IMG/VR virus record: IMGVR_UViG_3300030380_002089
Coordinates: 1-53,028 of that record
Reading direction: 5' to 3' (one strand)
Length of the DNA: 53,028 nt
DNA from: a virus
Taxonomy: Duplodnaviria > Caudoviricetes
Below the pieces are notes generated by a model that was given only the letters and a program-made list of their open reading frames with translations, did no database searches and was not told the DNA's origin. Of the stretch, positions 17,049 to 26,700 are shown piece after piece. The position numbers were made by a program, and so were the translations under genes. The first letter of the stretch is position 1. The number at the start of each line of letters is the position of its first letter.

Positions 17049-18035
17049 GTGGGCAAGGTGTTAGTCAAGAAAGGAATTAGTGCACAGTACCCTGTAGGAG
17101 CAGGTGGTCCGATTATGGTCATGGGCGGAGGAGGTCGTTCAGGAGGAGGGAGAACCAAAAGACAGAGGCTAGGTGGTGCACTTGGTGGACTTGTAGGAGT
17201 CGCTGGTGCACTTACTGGGCAACACCGAAGTCTTGGTGGACTTACACAAAGTATGATTTCTGGAGGCGCTCAAGGCCGACAACTCGGAGAAGCAGTTGGT
17301 AGAGGGTTGTCTGGTAGGTCAAGTCGTGCTAGTGCCGATTTAAAAGACAAGAGAAGGCAAGCAGAGGCTGAAAGAAAAACTTTGAGAGGAGAAGGTATTA
17401 CTAGAGTCACTGCACCAATTGATTCTTACAATCGCAGAGTAGCAGTTAGGAATGACGAGGCTTTAGAACAGGCTAATAGGAGTAATCCTATGGCATCTTT
17501 TGCACAAATGACTGACCCTAATGCTCCTAAAGCCGAACTTAACCCTATGACTAGAAATGTATTAGACATAAACCAAATGTTAGATGAGTCAGTACCTGAA
17601 ATGATTGACTTACCACCTGTTGGTGTTAAAAATGTCGCTACGACTAACTTTGCTAATAGAGTAGGGGTTGACGAAGATAGATTAAGACAGGCTTCTGAAC
17701 AAGTTTTAGTTGCATCAAGTAACCCTGCTAATAGAATAGACCCTGTTCAAGCAGCAACTAATGCAGCACAGGCTAATCCAACACAAGCGTCTAGTATGTT
17801 TAATTCAGTTCCTCAACCACAAAATGGAGTAGGTGCAGAAGCCACAGCAGATGCGGGCTTGGAAAACACTGCTAATTATGGAGCAGGGGCAATTGATGAT
17901 GATATAGATGTTTATCAGTCACCTCAAGGTAGTTCTTCTGCGCTTCCTGAAAATCAAGTTAAGGTTATGAATAATCGTCAACAAATAGAGTCTGCTAAAC
18001 AGAAGGTTAAGGATAGAGAAGAAATGATGGAGTGA
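17049..18035 (+). CDS. Gly-rich hypothetical protein
   Basis: Glycine-zipper-like LGGALGGLVGVAGALTG; GTG start directly after the preceding stop. Confidence 0.7.
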   Translation: MGKVLVKKGISAQYPVGAGGPIMVMGGGGRSGGGRTKRQRLGGALGGLVGVAGALTGQHRSLGGLTQSMISGGAQGRQLGEAVGRGLSGRSSRASADLKDKRRQAEAERKTLRGEGITRVTAPIDSYNRRVAVRNDEALEQANRSNPMASFAQMTDPNAPKAELNPMTRNVLDINQMLDESVPEMIDLPPVGVKNVATTNFANRVGVDEDRLRQASEQVLVASSNPANRIDPVQAATNAAQANPTQASSMFNSVPQPQNGVGAEATADAGLENTANYGAGAIDDDIDVYQSPQGSSSALPENQVKVMNNRQQIESAKQKVKDREEMME

Positions 18036-18041
18036 TGAGAT

Positions 18042-19523
18042 GTGGAAGGGGTTGATAAACTGGTCCATGACATGGATGTGGAAATGTCCAGAAAGTCATT
18101 CGAGTACTTCTTCACTGAAATTTTACAATTCGAGTTCTCACATCACCACAGAGACTGGCTCGAAGGATTAAATGAAAGTCGCAGATACTGTGTCAAAGCG
18201 TCAAGAGACCACGGCAAGTCAGTTTTCTTTATGTCATATGCACTTTGGTTAGCAGCGTTTACTCCCAACACTCACATTATGGTATTCAGTCACTCTTTAG
18301 AGCAGACATTAGAACACATGCGTTTTATTCGCAACAACATAGAAACTGCTGATATTCTCAAAGGGCTAAAGCCAACAGGTAAGCCTTGGGCTAAATCTTA
18401 CTTCGAGTTCACTAACGGTAGCCGTATGATGGCTAAGTCGGTTGGTGGTGCTACTCGTGGTTTCCACCCTGATGTCGTAGTATGTGACGATATTCTTTGG
18501 GGGACTACTAGTTCTGAGTTACAGAGAGCAGCCGATTGGTTCTATACAGTTTTACTTCCTGTTCTTCACCACACTGGTAGACTGATGATGGTCGGTACAC
18601 CGTTTAGTTACAATGACCTGTACGCTGAGTTAGAAGATAAATCTGCGTTTAGAGTTGAAACCTATCCGGCTATCTTACCTAATGGAGAACCACTTTGGCC
18701 TAGCCGATGGCCTTTAGATGCGTTAAAGGTGCGTGAAGACTCTATGCCCGCTATCAAGTTCGCTCGTGAGTATCTCTGTGAACCTATTCACGATATGTCT
18801 AGTATGTTTCCAATGACTCTTTTGGAAAAGGCTAGAGATAAAAATTTAATTTTACTCGATAAAGCCGAACAACAGTTTGATGAAAACGGAGAAGCCAACG
18901 GTGTATTCGGTCAGCACTTTATCGGTTGGGACCCAGCGATAGCATCAGACTCTAATGCTGACTATACTGCTATGACAGTTCTTAGAATATTACCTGATAG
19001 TGAAGAGAAGCAACTAATCCATGTTGTTAATCAAAAAGGTATGAGTGGTTCAGCACAGAAGCGTCACATAGTTTTACTCAACAATCGATTTCAACCTGAC
19101 TTAATTGAACTTGAAGGTAATAATTTCCAGCGTATGTTTGCTGCTGAGTTACAAGAGATGAGAGACGACATACCCATTAAGACATTTATGACTACTCGAC
19201 AAAAGAAGGAAAGTATGTTTATGAGTTTACTGATGGCTTTTGAACAAGGTAAGATAAAGACACCTTGGGGTGACGCTAAGAGTAAAGAATTTACTCGTGA
19301 ATTAGAAACACAATTGAGTAGATTCGGTATGCAAAAGAATGGTCGATTAGAATCTGTAGGTAGCCATGATGACTTAGCCATGAGCCTAGCATTATCTAAT
19401 TGGGCAACCAAAGAATTTAGAGGCTCTATTATCGCATTAGATGATTACTTAGATGGCTTTGATAAGTGGTTTGGAGATGTGTCACAAAGAAATGTAGCGG
19501 GCGCTTCTTGGTTTACTATGTGA
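18042..19523 (+). CDS. terL: Terminase large subunit
   Basis: Walker A ASRDHGKS, Walker B VVCDD, coupling motif VGTP, and RNase H-like nuclease residues GWDPA ... HDDLAMS. Confidence 0.93.
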   Translation: MEGVDKLVHDMDVEMSRKSFEYFFTEILQFEFSHHHRDWLEGLNESRRYCVKASRDHGKSVFFMSYALWLAAFTPNTHIMVFSHSLEQTLEHMRFIRNNIETADILKGLKPTGKPWAKSYFEFTNGSRMMAKSVGGATRGFHPDVVVCDDILWGTTSSELQRAADWFYTVLLPVLHHTGRLMMVGTPFSYNDLYAELEDKSAFRVETYPAILPNGEPLWPSRWPLDALKVREDSMPAIKFAREYLCEPIHDMSSMFPMTLLEKARDKNLILLDKAEQQFDENGEANGVFGQHFIGWDPAIASDSNADYTAMTVLRILPDSEEKQLIHVVNQKGMSGSAQKRHIVLLNNRFQPDLIELEGNNFQRMFAAELQEMRDDIPIKTFMTTRQKKESMFMSLLMAFEQGKIKTPWGDAKSKEFTRELETQLSRFGMQKNGRLESVGSHDDLAMSLALSNWATKEFRGSIIALDDYLDGFDKWFGDVSQRNVAGASWFTM

Positions 19524-19560
19524 TGGACACAATTATATGACACTAAAATATGGGATGAAT

Positions 19561-20862
19561 ATGTGGGCAAGTCTTAGTGTTGGGGAATTTACTAAGAGTC
19601 TGGAGATGGATAATGATATTATGACGGTTATTGCATCTAGCCTTTCCTCTCATCCACTAGTAGATGATAGCATTGCTAAGTCTATCGCTGCTCAAACATT
19701 GATAGTCACAGAAGAGTCAGTCCCTCAACCTGTCTACGCTGATTTTTGTCCAACTGGTGAGGGCTGGTTTGAAGATAAACTTGGCAAGAGCGCTACTCAA
19801 ATTGTTAAAGAATTAAGAAAGGCAAGAAGAGTATTCAAAGATAGTAGAGAAGAAATAGATTCAATCATAGATAATGTCCGTAAAATCAAAAGTATGGAGG
19901 TTGACGCTACTCTCAAAAGTCTTAATTGGTCTCAAGGCTATGAAGGAACTGTAAGAGACTTAGGTGTATCTGAAAAAGATTTAAGGTCACTTAGGCTATT
20001 CGGCAATACCAGAAAAAGTAGTTTGGTTAGAGCATGTAATACATGGGATGCTGCTAATGATGCTTTGCATAAACTTGATGAGTTTGAAGATGTATGGGGT
20101 GAAGAGGAAAAGAATGCTTGGGTAAATGCTATGCAAATGAAACAAGACGCTCGGAAGATGTGGAGAAATTCATTACATCAGTTTGATAACCTTTCCAAAG
20201 AACAGCAGAAGTGGTTGAAAATGTCAAAAGAGCAGGTTGAACTACATGGCTCCATGTCAGCAAGGGCGATTACAGAAAACCTCATTCAAAAAGGAGTATC
20301 TAGGCTTAACCCTAATCGCTTGTCTAAGTTACTCAAAATGTACGGTGAGGAAATTAATATCATCAAATCTCCAAGAAAGGGAGAATATATGTCTTTATCC
20401 AAAGACGGGCTGATTATCAAAGACCCTTGGGCATATGCAGCGGGCTTTTTAGACGCTGATGGTTACATTACTATTACAGAAAGAGGCGAGCCAAGGGCTG
20501 GTTTTATTGCGACTGGTGATAGAGGTCGTATTCATTGTGAGCAACTACACAAAAACATAGGTGCTGGTAGATTACAACTAGACCAAAAGGTGTACAAGAA
20601 TGGACAAAAAAGCCAGCACCGTGTAAGTTTCTATTCTAAAGACGACCTTACAAAATTATTAGCGAAAATTACTCCTCACTTGAGACTAAAAGACAGGCAA
20701 GCAAAAGCAGTATCTGCTTACTTAAAAGAGTCTGACCCTATCAGAAAAGTTCAATTAAAGCGATTTGTTCAGTTCTCTAATAGAGATGGAACAACTAAAG
20801 GTGAGGAGTCCCTGCGAGAGTGGGGAGTAGACAAAGATACGGTTATGAGTTGGGCGGTGTAA
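19561..20862 (+). CDS. Protein with a C-terminal single LAGLIDADG endonuclease domain
   Basis: AYAAGFLDADGYITI followed by a typical beta/helix pattern (LLAKITPHLRLKDRQA). About 290-aa N-terminal extension. Start re-assigned to 19561 (TTATAT at 19533). Confidence 0.75.
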   Translation: MWASLSVGEFTKSLEMDNDIMTVIASSLSSHPLVDDSIAKSIAAQTLIVTEESVPQPVYADFCPTGEGWFEDKLGKSATQIVKELRKARRVFKDSREEIDSIIDNVRKIKSMEVDATLKSLNWSQGYEGTVRDLGVSEKDLRSLRLFGNTRKSSLVRACNTWDAANDALHKLDEFEDVWGEEEKNAWVNAMQMKQDARKMWRNSLHQFDNLSKEQQKWLKMSKEQVELHGSMSARAITENLIQKGVSRLNPNRLSKLLKMYGEEINIIKSPRKGEYMSLSKDGLIIKDPWAYAAGFLDADGYITITERGEPRAGFIATGDRGRIHCEQLHKNIGAGRLQLDQKVYKNGQKSQHRVSFYSKDDLTKLLAKITPHLRLKDRQAKAVSAYLKESDPIRKVQLKRFVQFSNRDGTTKGEESLREWGVDKDTVMSWAV

Positions 20863-20867
20863 TTACA

Positions 20868-22637
20868 ATGGCAGATAAAAAAAGTAGAGTTGGTCGATTC
20901 TTGGAATCTATATCCAATCCGTTTAGAAGAAGAAGCACACCTGAGCCACAAATGCCGTTATGGACAACTGGTATTCAAGAACCAGTACTAGCACAGGGTA
21001 TTACTATACCTGCTCTTTATTCAGTCGCTAATGAAAACTTAATTTTGAGAACAGTATTGACTACTTTACAACAAGAAATATTCAGAAGAGGTTACTTTTG
21101 GGAAAAGAAGTTTCATAAAAAGTGCGTTGCCTGTGATGCTGAATTTCAACATGATGTAGAGGAATGTAAAGAGTGTGGAAATTCCGAGTTGATAGCACCT
21201 AATCCAGACCAATTAGTATATCCTAAATGGTTAATTCAACAAAGAAATTCTATGGAACAGACTTTTATGGATGTACTCAGAGAGTTAGAATATGATTTGA
21301 ATATAACTGATGATGCGTTTATGATTATTATCAAAGAATATTACATGGACCCTGAAACAAATGAAATTGCATTTTACAGAGTAAAAGAAATTTTGAGAGG
21401 AGACCCTATATTTATGCGTATAATTGCAGATAAGAGAGGCGTAAGAGGTGGTCGTTTCCGTGTCTGTCCTGTACACAGAGATGAAGTTAAGGCTTATTCT
21501 AAAGAAGAAAAGTCATGTCAAACCTGCGGTCACGCTTTGGAAGATGTGCATCATGTAAATACAGCAGGTTCTGGTAAAACTCAATATTATCTTGAGGGCG
21601 AAGTTATACATGTAAGTAAATATCAACCGAGTAAATTATACGGGCGAAGTCCTGTATCTACACTATGGCGACAAGCAATGACACTTACTGCCATGGACAA
21701 TTATATGTATACTGCTTATTCTAAAAGAAGAATACCAAGAGGTATATTGAGTGTAACCACTGATAACCTTGAATCAATGAAATCTTTCTTCAAGGCGACT
21801 GATGAAAAGTTAGAGCGTGACCCTCACTATATACCTAAGATTGGTATAGAGTCAGGTAGTGGTAGAGGCGGTATCAATTGGGTAAAATTGATGGACAGTC
21901 TTGACGAGATGCAATATATTGCAGCAAGAGACGAAATGCGACAAAGAATCGCTGCGTTTTATGGAGTATCAAATGTGTTTATGATGGACACTGGTAAATC
22001 GGGTGGTTTGAATAACGAAGGTATGCAGATATTGGTTACTAACAGAGCAGTTGAGTTTGGGCATAAAGTTTACACTGAGCATTTATTCCCTCGTCTTTTG
22101 GACCAATTAGATGTTACAGATTGGAATTTGACACTCTATCCTAATGAAGAAGAAGATGAAGTTACTCGATTACGCCGTGATGAAATGGAAGTTAACATTG
22201 CTCAGAGAATGATGATGTTAGGTTTTAAGCCAGAACTCAAGGAAGATGCGAATAGAGATATACGGTTCATATACAAACAACCTGACCCAATGGACCCTGC
22301 TCAACAAATGCCACCGGGCGGAGTGCCACCGGGTGGAATACCAATGGGCGGTATGCAGATGGGAGGAGGTATGGGTACGCCCGGAGCACTACCGGGCCGT
22401 AACATAAGTCCTCAAGGCGCTGCCATGATGGGTAGACAAGCGAGAGCCGGGATGAGTCAACCCGGAGGAGAGGGGATGGGAATCCGAACTCCAAGTGGGC
22501 CAGCAAGTCCACAAAACAGAAGCAGCATGGGAGCAGGTGCCCCGTTCTCTAGTGTACAACAAAGAGGACCTCAGATGGGCGGAGTTCAACAGGCTGGACA
22601 AAGTATAATTGACGCAAGGAATCCTAGAGGGGCATAG
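20868..22637 (+). CDS. Portal protein with zinc-ribbon insertions
   Basis: Lies after terL. YGRSPV, PRGIL and RIAAFYGV portal-like motifs; CxxC inserts; G/P/M/Q-rich C-terminal tail. Start at ATG 20868. Confidence 0.85.
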   Translation: MADKKSRVGRFLESISNPFRRRSTPEPQMPLWTTGIQEPVLAQGITIPALYSVANENLILRTVLTTLQQEIFRRGYFWEKKFHKKCVACDAEFQHDVEECKECGNSELIAPNPDQLVYPKWLIQQRNSMEQTFMDVLRELEYDLNITDDAFMIIIKEYYMDPETNEIAFYRVKEILRGDPIFMRIIADKRGVRGGRFRVCPVHRDEVKAYSKEEKSCQTCGHALEDVHHVNTAGSGKTQYYLEGEVIHVSKYQPSKLYGRSPVSTLWRQAMTLTAMDNYMYTAYSKRRIPRGILSVTTDNLESMKSFFKATDEKLERDPHYIPKIGIESGSGRGGINWVKLMDSLDEMQYIAARDEMRQRIAAFYGVSNVFMMDTGKSGGLNNEGMQILVTNRAVEFGHKVYTEHLFPRLLDQLDVTDWNLTLYPNEEEDEVTRLRRDEMEVNIAQRMMMLGFKPELKEDANRDIRFIYKQPDPMDPAQQMPPGGVPPGGIPMGGMQMGGGMGTPGALPGRNISPQGAAMMGRQARAGMSQPGGEGMGIRTPSGPASPQNRSSMGAGAPFSSVQQRGPQMGGVQQAGQSIIDARNPRGA

Positions 22638-22672
22638 GTAAACTTAAAGTCAAAGTATGTAATCGGGTTGCC

Positions 22673-23011
22673 ATGGACCTGATGAAACTTGACCCTATGG
22701 CTCGTAAGATGCGTACCCACATTGACGCTTTTTACAAGGCGTTAACAGACAATGATGGATTTGCTGCTCGCAATCATATTAATGAAATTGTAAAGTATGC
22801 TGACTATCTAAGTAATGATGTAGAAAGCGCTGTCATAAAAGAAGAGAAAGTAACAGGAATCAATGAAATTTATGCTGGTGGAGCACCTGTAATGAAGATG
22901 CAACAAGTTCAAACTGTTCACGAAACTACTACTAATATTTTGCCGGGTACTATCAGAACATCTCGCTTTGGGACAATCAACAATAGAAGAATGGGCAACC
23001 GTACACTGTGA
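22673..23011 (+). CDS. Hypothetical head-region protein
   Basis: 112-aa ORF; TTAAA box at 22644-22648. Confidence 0.7.
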   Translation: MDLMKLDPMARKMRTHIDAFYKALTDNDGFAARNHINEIVKYADYLSNDVESAVIKEEKVTGINEIYAGGAPVMKMQQVQTVHETTTNILPGTIRTSRFGTINNRRMGNRTL

Positions 23012-23022
23012 GGTTGATTAGT

Positions 23023-23394
23023 ATGAGTAACGAGGGGGATAATGTTGCTGAGAAACTTATGGGTGCGCTCATAAGTAAGATGGAAAATATGGATGCAGGT
23101 TTACAATTACTTAAGGCTGAGAATGCTGAATTGAAGAAAGTAGTTATGAACCCTGCTAATTTACTAAGAAAGGCTGGATTTATTTCAGCAGGTAATCGTC
23201 ATCCAGAGGATGTATTGCCTGATACTTTTAGAGGAGACTCACATGATGTATTGCTCAAAGGAGAAGATGGACAACCTATAGATATACCAAAGACAAATGC
23301 TGATTTCCATAGTATGGACTGGGCAGACATACATGCTCTAGCCGACCAAGCAAAGTCTTCTGGCGCAATTGGAAATGAACTAGGAATGGAATGA
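23023..23394 (+). CDS. Hypothetical head-region protein; C-terminus resembles the scaffold C-terminus
   Basis: IDIPKTNADFHSMDWADIHALA compares with the scaffold end VEIPSTEELNSMSWDDVHRLA. Start at ATG 23023. Confidence 0.7.
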   Translation: MSNEGDNVAEKLMGALISKMENMDAGLQLLKAENAELKKVVMNPANLLRKAGFISAGNRHPEDVLPDTFRGDSHDVLLKGEDGQPIDIPKTNADFHSMDWADIHALADQAKSSGAIGNELGME

Positions 23395-23399
23395 TAAAT

Positions 23400-23783
23400 A
23401 TGAGACCAAGATTTGAACCAAAACACAGTAAACTAGAAATTCTTTTGAAAGAAGCAAAGGAACTAGAAGAGAGAATTGCTAAGGCGCAGCCAAATTACTC
23501 TGGACAAAAAGAAGGTTCTATGGAAGGCTACGCTCGATTTGAGGGCCAACCATCCGGCGTACCTACAGCATTTTACAATACTAATAATATAGTTACAGAG
23601 TCAGAAGATGTGGCTAACAAAGGTGCAACAATGGAAAACAGTGATGTTTTGACAAGAACTTCGCCTTACTACCCAACTGCTTTTAGCACCACAGGCGCTC
23701 TTGAAAACTTCAAAGGTGGCGACGGTCCAACCTTATCAGAACTAAAGAAGTCTATTGACCGACTATCCAGCCGTCTAAATTGA
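23400..23783 (+). CDS. Hypothetical head-region protein
   Basis: About 127-aa ORF containing ILLKE, IAKA and LKKS sites. Confidence 0.7.
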   Translation: MRPRFEPKHSKLEILLKEAKELEERIAKAQPNYSGQKEGSMEGYARFEGQPSGVPTAFYNTNNIVTESEDVANKGATMENSDVLTRTSPYYPTAFSTTGALENFKGGDGPTLSELKKSIDRLSSRLN

Positions 23784-23799
23784 ACGGCTGGTGGTGTGA

Positions 23800-26700
23800 A
23801 TGAGAGAAGGTCACCTAGACATTTTTGATAGGAACAAAACTATTTTTATTCAGTCACTCCATGACAATATAGGTAAAGCAGATGCTGGCGCTGATTATTA
23901 TTTCAGCGCTATTAACTTACAAAGACATGGCTACATACTTAGTCCTCAAGATGAAAGTCTTTTGAAGATGGTAGATTCTATTATCAAGCAAGATGAATTT
24001 GCAGATTCTCTTCAAGGTACTGCTTTAGGAGAAGGTTATGGTCTATTACCTGACCCTAGTTATGATACTTCGAGAGTTCAAAGACCACAGCCCGGTCAAC
24101 CGTTTACGGGTGCTAATATACAATTAAACCCCGGTGACCCTAATACAGATTCTCACCACGATATAGATTATTTTAACTCACATATGTTTCCTTTGTATGG
24201 TAAGATGGGAAATGTAATCTCTGACTTTTACTTACCTCAAGAAGCGGGCTTAGATAGCCAAAGTAAAATAGACGCTGGTAAAGAAAATCATTTTGATAAC
24301 AAGCATACCGTTGACGACTATAGTGATTATACTTCTAGTAAGCATTTGTTAAATCACGCACATTATCATAATCTTGACGCTGACATGACTAATCACGATA
24401 TTTACGACAGAAATTATAGAAATTGGCATTCTAGCAATGATGCTAAGGTAAGTCAGATTACTGCAAATATGCATGAGCAGGGTATATATGATGAGGCTAT
24501 AATCGACCATGAATTAAGAAAGTTGCATATGGATGAGGCTAAGCAAGGTTGGAATAAAAATCTAACATTTACTGATTACCTGTTAGGCTTAGAATGGCTA
24601 AATCCTGAACAAAGAAATCAGGCTTATGATTATCTTAGTAAAAATGGAATAAGTCAAAAGCATAACGGATTAAAATTAGAAGGTGGGAGTGATTGGAGAG
24701 GTAGACTAGTCCGTAATTTTCATCAAAGATTTGCTCCCGTTTACAATCATTGGATAGGTAAACCACAAAAGCCCGGATTTGGAGTAGCAGCGCAACGCAA
24801 AGAACTTCCCGCAAAAGCAAGAGAACCGGGCATCGAAGAAAATTTAGGAGCATTTTCTGCTGTTAAGGATGGCTATCAAAGAGCAATCGATTATTGGAAA
24901 AGTAAAACGGGAAGTAAAGCAAGCACTGCCGGACAATATCCTAGTTTGTATACTAGTCTTGAGGGAGTGCGTACATTACAGTTTAACCCATTGAGGGGTG
25001 GAATCAGGTCTGAAAATATTAACAATTTAAGGCCGGGTGATGTACCGGGTATGGAGTTCAAAACCATGCAAGTTATGTTGGGTATAGATAATAATAACAG
25101 ATTACACCAAGCAGGTCAGCATCCCCTCTATGGAGATGATTGGCATCCAGATGAAAGTCCATTTACTCAAGAAGAAATAGATAAAATCTTAAACAAAAGA
25201 TATGAGTTGACAAAGGAAATATATACTGGAAGAGTAAGTAAAAATGAAGCAGGGGTTCATTATAATACATTTCAAGATAAAGATTCGCATGACTCTGAAT
25301 ATACAGAAGGGGGACAATCTCACGATACTTTATCGACTCATTGGCAGAGACCATTTTTTGGAAAAGGTGGTTTAAGTAAACACCCTAACCTTTTGTTTGA
25401 TAAACTTCACAATGCTACAATACTGTATGGTAAAAATCACTTTGGTGCAAAACAACCAGAAAAGGATATTGTCGAAAGCGATGATATATATCAAGATATA
25501 GACTTTGAACAATTAAGGGGTGCTGATAATTTAGAAGGAGAATTTAGTAATGACCCTTACCACGATAAGTTCCATCCAGAAAATGTAACTACTGACGGAA
25601 AAGGTCACGAACACAGTCTTTGGTTTAAGAAAGATTCTGCGGGGAATAGAATTATGCCAAGGACTGATGAATTTGCTGATGATTCAGATGATAGAGATTT
25701 TTTACAATTCAGTATGAAATCTTTTTTAGCACCGTTTGCATCAAGACCTACTGAGTTGATAGAAGGCCAACATGAAACATTTATCGATAGAGGAGGCCCT
25801 CTCAATTCCATCAATAATTTATCACCATCTCAAGCCAACAGAGTTAAATTAGGACTTGCCTCTCAAGGTAATACACATGTGGAAAGACACGCTGAAACAG
25901 TAGCACCTGCTTATTCCAACCAATTAACCAGAGAACACGAAGACTTAACTTTTGACAGAGAAAGCAAAGATGCTGAAAAAATTAGAAACGCTTTGGCTGG
26001 AAGAATAAGTGGTGGGTTAGAAACTTATAATCGATTTTCTCATAAAGGTGGAATACACGACCCTAGAGAACAGTTGAAAGTAGCAGGGCGTGATGCTTAT
26101 TCTATAGCGCATGATTTACATTTACATGGTCCACCCGGCTCTCCAATTGACATAGGTGGTCCTAAAGGTCAACATCCTTTGGCTAGTGGAGAAAAGGGAT
26201 TCTTACCACTTACCTTACCATTAGATTCTCAAGATGGTATGGTCGATACACCAATGTCTAGGAATCTAAGGGCTAAACATGCACAGGAAAGTGAAGCCTT
26301 AGAAAATGTTATTGATGAATTAGAACAGAAGTTATCAGTAGCGTTACCTAATGAAAAAGAGGCTTTAGAGGATTTGATAAATGCAAATGAAGAAAGGTTA
26401 GCAGAACTTGATGAAAAGATGGAGAGAGGTTACGCACAGGTAGAAGCCAAGCCTTATGATGGAAATGCACCATTGTGGCTTCAATCTAGGGGTGAAAAGT
26501 TAGCGTCAGATGATAATGCACTTGCTCAAGCAGCGGCTATGTGGGCACCTCAGTTTCCTCAGTTGTTTGATAGAAGTTTACCACCCGATGTATTAGATGG
26601 TAATACAAGACAATTTGCTCGCATGATGAATGACTTTTTACACACTGCTCCTCACGAAGTGCATGGTATTCATACTCTTTCTCCTAACCAAGGTGTTAAC

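Noticed and set aside
18042-20862. Intein or intron interrupting the terminase
   Set aside because: TerL is complete and of normal size. The LAGLIDADG ORF is separate and shows no intein splice motifs.
22308-22345. Short tandem DNA repeat (ccaccggg) in the portal tail
   Set aside because: It is explained by the PPGG low-complexity peptide and has only two to three degenerate copies.
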